The position numbers and the translations under genes are program-made. A DNA stretch of 18,118 bases from positions 1 to 18,118 of the forward strand of contig JAGLRQ010000116.1 of assembly GCA_023136205.1 (NCBI GenBank). Reading direction: 5' to 3'. The notes below the pieces were generated by a model, which searched no databases, had not been told where the DNA came from, and was given only the letters and a program-made list of their open reading frames with translations. Of this stretch, positions 1-5,788 are shown in pieces. The DNA is from Candidatus Auribacterota bacterium. Its GTDB lineage: Bacteria; Auribacterota; UBA6266. Position 1 is the stretch's first letter. Each line of letters starts with the position of its first letter.

Positions 1-927
1 AAAAGACTTTACGCGGAAATATCCCGATCTATAGGTTTTTACAGAATACAGTCCGGCGGGTCGGCGCTGGAACGCCTGATATTTTCAGGTGGAACAAGCC
101 AGCTTACCAACATCAGAGAATATTTTCTTAAAAAGCTCAATATCAGAACGGAAATGGTGGAACCTTTTAGCCAGCTGGAAATTGATCCTTATCTGGGCCT
201 TGAAGAACTGGCTTCTTTAAAGCACCTCTTCGCGGAAGCTATAGGGCTTGCGCTTAGAAAAGTTCACAAATGTGCCATCCATGTTAATTTGATCCCGAGA
301 AAAATAGCCCGGCAGAGAGAAATTAATAAACGCAAAGGATATATTATTTTATCTGCCATCATGATTTATGTAATGATGGCAACGGTGGCGATTTATTCAC
401 GCGGCATTGTAATAACAACAAACGCGAACATTAAACAGTACGATCTCCTGGTACGTGAGATGAACGGGTTCAAGCATGAAATAAATCAGAAAGAGAAGAA
501 TATTAAGGGATATAAAAATGAGCTGGATTTGTATGAAAAACTGATGGATGAGAGAGTCTACTGGCTGGATTTATTACTGACGCTTGAAAAAATTACCCCG
601 GAAAATATATGGATTTCCAAACTAATGCCGAAGAGCTCTTACAAAAGTTCCAAAACATTGGCGCCCTCTGTTTCGAGAAGGAGCGCAAGGGGCCGCAAAA
701 CAACAAAGAGTGTTGATTCTTTGGCGGAAGACGGGAAAGAGATCCTTCTTCTCGTCGCGAATACTACAGGTGTTTATGACGATGTTTATAAGTATTTCAA
801 AAAGTTAAAAGATTCAGGTTATTTTGTTGAGGATTCTGATACGAAAATTGACAAGGCAGAAAAACCTGTTCTGGGAATAAGAAAATTCTATTTCGAGCTT
901 AAGCTTAAAAAGGAAATTCCCAAATGA
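1..927 (+). CDS. Type IV pilus assembly protein: PilM C-terminal end fused in frame to PilN (5' partial, ORF open to the window edge)
   Basis: Frame 1 has no stop from nt 1 to the TGA at 925-927. The ATG at 154 in the ORF track is therefore an internal Met. nt 1-264 translate to KRLYAEISRSIGFY..LIFSGGTSQLTNIREYF..VEPF..AEAIGLALRKV, which matches the conserved C-terminal end of actin-like PilM (GGGA..L, NPF, A.GLALR). From about nt 277 the sequence reads HVNLIPRKIARQRE (the PilN INLLP motif). It is followed by a TM helix (GYIILSAIMIYVMMATVAIY), a coiled coil and an alpha/beta C-domain. Confidence 0.8.
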   Translation, partial: KRLYAEISRSIGFYRIQSGGSALERLIFSGGTSQLTNIREYFLKKLNIRTEMVEPFSQLEIDPYLGLEELASLKHLFAEAIGLALRKVHKCAIHVNLIPRKIARQREINKRKGYIILSAIMIYVMMATVAIYSRGIVITTNANIKQYDLLVREMNGFKHEINQKEKNIKGYKNELDLYEKLMDERVYWLDLLLTLEKITPENIWISKLMPKSSYKSSKTLAPSVSRRSARGRKTTKSVDSLAEDGKEILLLVANTTGVYDDVYKYFKKLKDSGYFVEDSDTKIDKAEKPVLGIRKFYFELKLKKEIPK

Positions 928-1682
928 TAGAGATTAAAAAAGATATTACTCTGTATATAACACTGGGGGTTTTAGCGGTTTTGCTGGTTGTTTTTGTGTT
1001 TATCCTGCGCGAGGCTTTATCCTCAAAATCCGACGCGGAGTCTGAACTTCAGCAGAAGATAGCAGAAAACAAAACCCTTTTTCGGGATGCCTCCGTGCCT
1101 TCCGTAATTACAGTTTCCGCGCTTAAGAAAGAGGAGAATCGTATCAGGGCTCAGAAAAACAGTATATATAACCTTCTTATTGACGCGGATACGAAAGAAG
1201 ATGAAGATATGGAGTATCCTTCGCCCGTAGAATTTAAGGATAAGCTGCTTTCCTATCAAACCAGGCTGGTTAACAGGGCCGATGCAAACGGCGTGAAGTT
1301 GCCCGGGACCCTTGGTTTTGAAGAATATGAAGGCGGAGACCTGCCCAGTATGAAGGATATCCCTCTTTTGATACGGCAAATGAAGATAATTGAAAAACTG
1401 GTAAATCTGTTTATCGATAGCCGTGTACAGCTTGTGGAAAAAATAGAGAGGGAGGAGACTAAAATATCCGAATGCAGGCACATTGATGGAATTTGCACGG
1501 TCTTGAACTTTAGCCTTGAAATGACTTGTCAAACGCCCGCACTTATAAAGTTTATGGGGGGGCTTGAATTTTTGAATAGCTTTATAATTATAAAAAATAT
1601 GGGAATAGAAGCGGATAAGATAAATAAAGTAAAAATGTTCATAAAAGCAGTAGACTTTAGAAAAGAAAATGAAAATTCCTAA
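924..1682 (+). CDS. pilO: PilO-like (GspM-like) bitopic inner-membrane pilus alignment protein
   Basis: The start shares an ATGA overlap with the upstream stop (924-927), and AAGGA lies 9 nt upstream. The protein has an N-terminal TM helix (ITLGVLAVLLVVFVFIL) and a coiled coil. Its C-terminal ferredoxin-like segment (FSLEMTCQTPALIKFMGGLEFLNSFIIIKNMGIE) fits the PilO pattern G.Y..l..Fl..L. The gene sits directly after PilN. Similarity is at the architecture and motif level only. Confidence 0.6.
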   Translation: MIEIKKDITLYITLGVLAVLLVVFVFILREALSSKSDAESELQQKIAENKTLFRDASVPSVITVSALKKEENRIRAQKNSIYNLLIDADTKEDEDMEYPSPVEFKDKLLSYQTRLVNRADANGVKLPGTLGFEEYEGGDLPSMKDIPLLIRQMKIIEKLVNLFIDSRVQLVEKIEREETKISECRHIDGICTVLNFSLEMTCQTPALIKFMGGLEFLNSFIIIKNMGIEADKINKVKMFIKAVDFRKENENS

Positions 1683-3276
1683 AATACCAAAGTTGAATTT
1701 TTCAGGGTTTGCGAAACCAAAGATTTTGGGGGGGATTGTAAAAAATCTTGAAAAGATTGTTTTTTTGATCCTTGAGGCTATATGGCTTGTTATGCTGGTA
1801 ACCTGCCTTATTAAACTTTACACGAATAATGTCAGGGCAAAACCTATTAGAGTAGCAGGAGGAGGTATTTTAAAGGAAGGGATAGAAGTAGATTTAAAGA
1901 AATATGAAGAAATTGAAAAAAGAATTAAGAAATTGAAAGAGGGACATGGAGGCTTGGACTTAAAAATCACGAAAGATATTTTTTGCAGGGAAGAAATAGA
2001 GATAGATCCCGTCATAGAGGAAATGGTAGTGGACAGTGACAAAGATGGTATGCCTGATGAATGGGAAAAGATGTATGGATTAAACTTAAGAAAAGCTTCC
2101 GATGCTGATGAGGATAAGGATGTTGACGGATACACAAACCTTGAAGAATTTGAAGCCGGAACGGATCCAACCAATCCTAACAGCAATCCCGGTGACATAG
2201 AATTTTTGTTAAGGAGATATACTCTGAAAGCTATTTCCAGGGAAACGGTGTCGCTTATTTTCATGGGATACACGCAGTGGAAACCCGAGTATCTTGATCT
2301 GCAGATAAACTGGCAGAACATGAGTTTTTTTCCAAGAATCTGGAGGGTAAGTGAAGATAATCCGGATATATATGAAGGTTTCCATATTACTGAAGAACGA
2401 TATAAGGAAGAGCTTGAAGGTAAAATAAGTGTTGGGAAACCAAGTATTAATTCCAGCAGTATTAATAAAATCCGGGCAATTCCTGAACTTGATCACAGCA
2501 TTGTTCAGGCTATAATAAATAGCAGGCAGAAAAGTATTGTAAAGCATATTTCAGATCTGTTAGAGTTTATTCAGTTGACTCCGGAGGAGCTGACGGTTGT
2601 TCATGATAAAGTTGCCGCGGAGGTTAATGTTAATAATTGTTCCGAGAATGAATTGGCCGAATTTTTTGGGATTTCCGCGAGTAACGCGAAAAAGGTAGTT
2701 GCGTATCGCGGGGAAAAAGGGTATTATAAAAACTTGAAAGAATTTCTGAGAGTTGCTGATGTTCCAACCTCACGACTTAAAGAGATTAAAGATATTCTTG
2801 TCGCAAAGCTTGATATTAATTCCGCGAACAGGAAAGATATAATTAAGTTCTTTGAAGATGAACGGTTAGCTGACGCGATATTGTTTTACAGGGAAGTGCA
2901 GGGACTTTTCAAAGATAAATATGATGTAGTTTCGCGTGGGAGGATTCAGGGATACTGGGTTATTTCATGTGAGGTCAAGATCAGGGAACTTCCGCCAAAA
3001 CCCGGGAGGCCCTATGGCCAAAAGATAAACGAGTCGGAAACGGTAATTCGGATGAGGGGCAGCGACCCTGTACTACTTCAATTTAAGAAAGTTACACAGG
3101 GCAAAGAACTTTTCGCGCGTGTTTACGATAAGACTTTAAATAAAGATGTTATGTGGAATGCCGGAACGGTAATTGGAAGCGATAAATCAAAATTTGAAAT
3201 TGTAGAAATAAACAAAAATGAAGTTGTCTTAAGCAAAAGAGGCGACAAATATCTGTTAAAATATAGCGGTAAATAA
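1669..3276 (+). CDS. Membrane-anchored PilP-position protein with a TSP3-like Ca-binding motif, three ComEA-like HhH modules and a PilP/GspC-HR-like C-terminal domain
   Basis: The gene overlaps the pilO-like gene by 14 nt. A TM helix lies at about aa 30-52. Residues 121-172 read DSDKDGMPDEWEKMYGLNLRKASDADEDKDVDGYTNLEEFEAGTDPTNPNS. Residues 259-422 hold three tandem units that resemble ComEA (IN.A...EL..LPGIG...A..II.YR...G.F.s.edL). The best one is VNVNNCSENELAEFFGISASNAKKVVAYRGEKGYYKNLKEFLRV. The C-terminus (GTVIGSDKSKFEIVEINKNEVVLSKRGDKYLLKY) resembles the PilP/GspC HR beta-domain consensus. Confidence 0.6.
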   Translation: MKIPKIPKLNFSGFAKPKILGGIVKNLEKIVFLILEAIWLVMLVTCLIKLYTNNVRAKPIRVAGGGILKEGIEVDLKKYEEIEKRIKKLKEGHGGLDLKITKDIFCREEIEIDPVIEEMVVDSDKDGMPDEWEKMYGLNLRKASDADEDKDVDGYTNLEEFEAGTDPTNPNSNPGDIEFLLRRYTLKAISRETVSLIFMGYTQWKPEYLDLQINWQNMSFFPRIWRVSEDNPDIYEGFHITEERYKEELEGKISVGKPSINSSSINKIRAIPELDHSIVQAIINSRQKSIVKHISDLLEFIQLTPEELTVVHDKVAAEVNVNNCSENELAEFFGISASNAKKVVAYRGEKGYYKNLKEFLRVADVPTSRLKEIKDILVAKLDINSANRKDIIKFFEDERLADAILFYREVQGLFKDKYDVVSRGRIQGYWVISCEVKIRELPPKPGRPYGQKINESETVIRMRGSDPVLLQFKKVTQGKELFARVYDKTLNKDVMWNAGTVIGSDKSKFEIVEINKNEVVLSKRGDKYLLKYSGK

Positions 3277-3293
3277 ATGAAAGGGGTAAAAGT

Positions 3294-5759
3294 ATGTGTG
3301 TTAAAAAAATCTTAAAAATTTGTGCGCTTTATATATCGGTTACTGTTTTTTGTTCACTGGCAACTTTTTCTCTCGCGGTAGATTCTGAGATAGAAACAGC
3401 GTTAAGACAGCAGGAGAGAAAAATTGCTGCCGAACACGTTGTGGAAGACGGTATAGCGTTTTACAAAGCAGGGGATTTTGCTGCTGCCCGGAAAGAGTTT
3501 CTGAAAGTTAAGGAACTTGATCCCGGCAATGAAGCCGCGGAAAAATATCTTGCTAAGATAGAAAATAAATTGCTTAAAGCCCGGAAAAAAATGCTGAAGG
3601 ATAAGGTTAGAGCCGGGGTTTCCAATTATAAAGCGAAGAATTATGAACAGGCTGCTGAACTTTTCATGGAAGTGCTTGAAATTGACCCCAACCATTCCAA
3701 AGCACAGAAATATCTAGCGAAATGTGATACAAAGCTGGGGATTTTAGAAAAGAATATTTCCTCCGAAAAATATTCGGGTGTTACAACAAGAGAGACAAAC
3801 GAACTTTATGAAAGAGGCAGGCTTCTTTACGATAACGCGCGGTATGATGAGGCAAGAGAGATATTTTCAGAGATTATCGCGTATAGCCCCAATCATGTTC
3901 CCGCTTCAAGATACATTGATTCCTGTAACGCGAGGTTACAGGAAATAGCTGATGAAGACCAGGAAGTCTTAAATAAAGAAGAGATGATAACTCTTAGAAA
4001 GTCCTGGTTTCCCCAAAAAGAATTTGAAAAGGAAGAGATTCCTGCTGACATTATTGACCTGCCGGATCTAACAATAACGGCGGCAAGGGAAAAAATAGAG
4101 AAGGAACTTGACCAGATAATACCTTTGATAGATTTTACAAACGCGCATTTGAGAGACCTTATAACCTCTCTTTCCGGTATGAGCGGTGTCAATATTATTC
4201 TTGATGAGAGTGTTTTTCCCGTCGTGGGAGCACCTGAAGACGCAGTTCTGGAAGGGGATATAACCGCAGAAGAACTGCTTGAAGACGCGGACGCGGCGGA
4301 ATTGGCTGAACTTGAAGCGCTTCTCTCTGAGGAAATCGGTGAAACGGACTCATCAGGCGTTATTGCTCCTTCCGTTGAATCCGGCGTCGGTGGAGAGGTG
4401 ATTGATGACACAATTACGATATCTTTGAGGAATATTCCCTTAAGAGAGGCTCTTAGATATATTGTTAAAGCAAAAGGGCTTAAATACAGGATTGATGATT
4501 ATGCTGTTGTAATATCCACCCCTGAAAACCTGATAGATGAAGAAATGGAAACAAGATATTACCATCTTAAAAGCGGTATAGGCGCTTTCACTGCCTTTAT
4601 AAGAAAAGATGCTGGGGGGGAAGCAGGGGCAACAACAGTATTGGGAGGAAATGTTTCGACTGAAACGATATCTATAAAAGATGTTCTTGAGCAGAGCGGT
4701 GTTCCCTGGCCGGAAGGGAGTAAGATATTCCTGCATGAAAGAACCAGTACCCTTATAGCCAGAAACAGCCCGACAAACCTCTCGATAATAGAAGATGTGT
4801 TAAGAGTTCTTGATGTAACAGCCCTTCAGATAGAGATACAGGCTAAATTTGTTGACCTTAATGAAACAGATGCTTCTGAACTCGGGCTTGAGTGGATGTT
4901 GACATCTGACTGGGGTATAAAAAGAGATAAAAGCGGCCGTGGTATTACAATGAATAAGGATTCATTGTTCCCAACCCTTATGCCGGATGGTGGTCCGGGT
5001 TTTGGACGATATCCTGGAGGTGCTTCAACCAGCTATGGTTTAACGCGGGGCCTGAGGTTTTTGGAGGATGGTACAACAGGTAATCCCATTGGAAATATTT
5101 TAAGTATTGGTGGAATTTTAACTGAACCTGAGTTTCAGGTTGTCCTGCACGCTCTTTCTCGAAGTCAGGCTGCTGACATTTTATCCTCTCCAAGAATTGT
5201 TACGCTGAATAACCAGGAAGCAACCATTCGCATTGTTGATGAACTGATTTATCCAACTGAATATGAAATAACACCTCCGACGTGGAGGGTTGACCCTGAT
5301 GACGGAACTATAACGATGGTGAGTTACGCGGCGGTGGCACCCGGTGGTTTTGAGACAAGGGAAATTGGGGTAATTCTTAAGGTAATTCCCAATGTCGGTG
5401 CTGACAATAAAACAATTAATCTTGCAATAATCCCTGAAGTTAGTGAATTAAGTTCCTGGATAACGGATTATGATATTATATATGATTTGCAGAGAATAGC
5501 GTTACCCCAGCCTTTTATTTCAACAAGGCTGGTTACAACCAATGTTATAATAAATGATGGTGAAACGATTGTTCTCGGAGGGCTCATGAATGAGACAGCA
5601 ATAGAAAAGGATGATAAGATTCCTATACTGGGAGATATTCCGTTTTTGGGAAGGCTGTTTAGAACCGAATCCGAAAGCAATGAAAAGAGGAATCTTATGA
5701 TATTTGTGACGGCAAATCTTCTTACACCTACAGGTGAAGCCTTTGCAATCGGAGAATAA
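3294..5759 (+). CDS. pilQ: Outer-membrane secretin (PilQ/GspD family) with an N-terminal TPR region, paralogue 1
   Basis: AAGGGG lies 7 nt upstream of the ATG. The signal peptide ends at ..FSLA/VDSE. There are three TPR-like units, each ending in DP.N..A..YL.K. An N0/STN-like domain follows (IDFTNAHLRDLITSLSGMSGVNIILDE ... ITISLRNIPLREALRYIVKAKGLKYRIDDYAVVIS). The classic secretin C-domain is present (LSSPRIVTLNNQEATIRIV, GVILKVIPNV, INDGETIVLGGL, KIPILGDIPFLGRLFR, LMIFVTANLL). Confidence 0.9.
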   Translation: MCVKKILKICALYISVTVFCSLATFSLAVDSEIETALRQQERKIAAEHVVEDGIAFYKAGDFAAARKEFLKVKELDPGNEAAEKYLAKIENKLLKARKKMLKDKVRAGVSNYKAKNYEQAAELFMEVLEIDPNHSKAQKYLAKCDTKLGILEKNISSEKYSGVTTRETNELYERGRLLYDNARYDEAREIFSEIIAYSPNHVPASRYIDSCNARLQEIADEDQEVLNKEEMITLRKSWFPQKEFEKEEIPADIIDLPDLTITAAREKIEKELDQIIPLIDFTNAHLRDLITSLSGMSGVNIILDESVFPVVGAPEDAVLEGDITAEELLEDADAAELAELEALLSEEIGETDSSGVIAPSVESGVGGEVIDDTITISLRNIPLREALRYIVKAKGLKYRIDDYAVVISTPENLIDEEMETRYYHLKSGIGAFTAFIRKDAGGEAGATTVLGGNVSTETISIKDVLEQSGVPWPEGSKIFLHERTSTLIARNSPTNLSIIEDVLRVLDVTALQIEIQAKFVDLNETDASELGLEWMLTSDWGIKRDKSGRGITMNKDSLFPTLMPDGGPGFGRYPGGASTSYGLTRGLRFLEDGTTGNPIGNILSIGGILTEPEFQVVLHALSRSQAADILSSPRIVTLNNQEATIRIVDELIYPTEYEITPPTWRVDPDDGTITMVSYAAVAPGGFETREIGVILKVIPNVGADNKTINLAIIPEVSELSSWITDYDIIYDLQRIALPQPFISTRLVTTNVIINDGETIVLGGLMNETAIEKDDKIPILGDIPFLGRLFRTESESNEKRNLMIFVTANLLTPTGEAFAIGE

Positions 5760-5788
5760 ATTTTTTGAAGAAAGGGAGAAATAAAGTT

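Noticed and set aside
1023-2547. Minus-strand ORFs 1023-1532, 1256-1498, 1818-2321 and 2209-2547 (80-169 aa)
   Set aside because: They are entirely antisense to the well-supported pilO-like and PilP-like genes. Their composition is low-complexity (F/S/L/I-rich) with no recognisable motifs and no SD. These are typical shadow ORFs of an AT-rich, purine-skewed coding strand.
3893-4411. Minus-strand 172-aa Ser/Ala-rich ORF
   Set aside because: It is the reverse complement of the GAA/GAT/GCN-rich acidic insertion in secretin 1. The Ser/Ala runs are a mirror artefact.
5765-5788. TTG start at 5765 for secretin 2, as given in the ORF track
   Set aside because: The ATG at 5789 is preceded by GGGAG at suitable spacing and yields a normal signal peptide (MRRITAGNIKTALIIMGTLFFF..). 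The 8 extra residues MKKGRNKV would overlap the SD.
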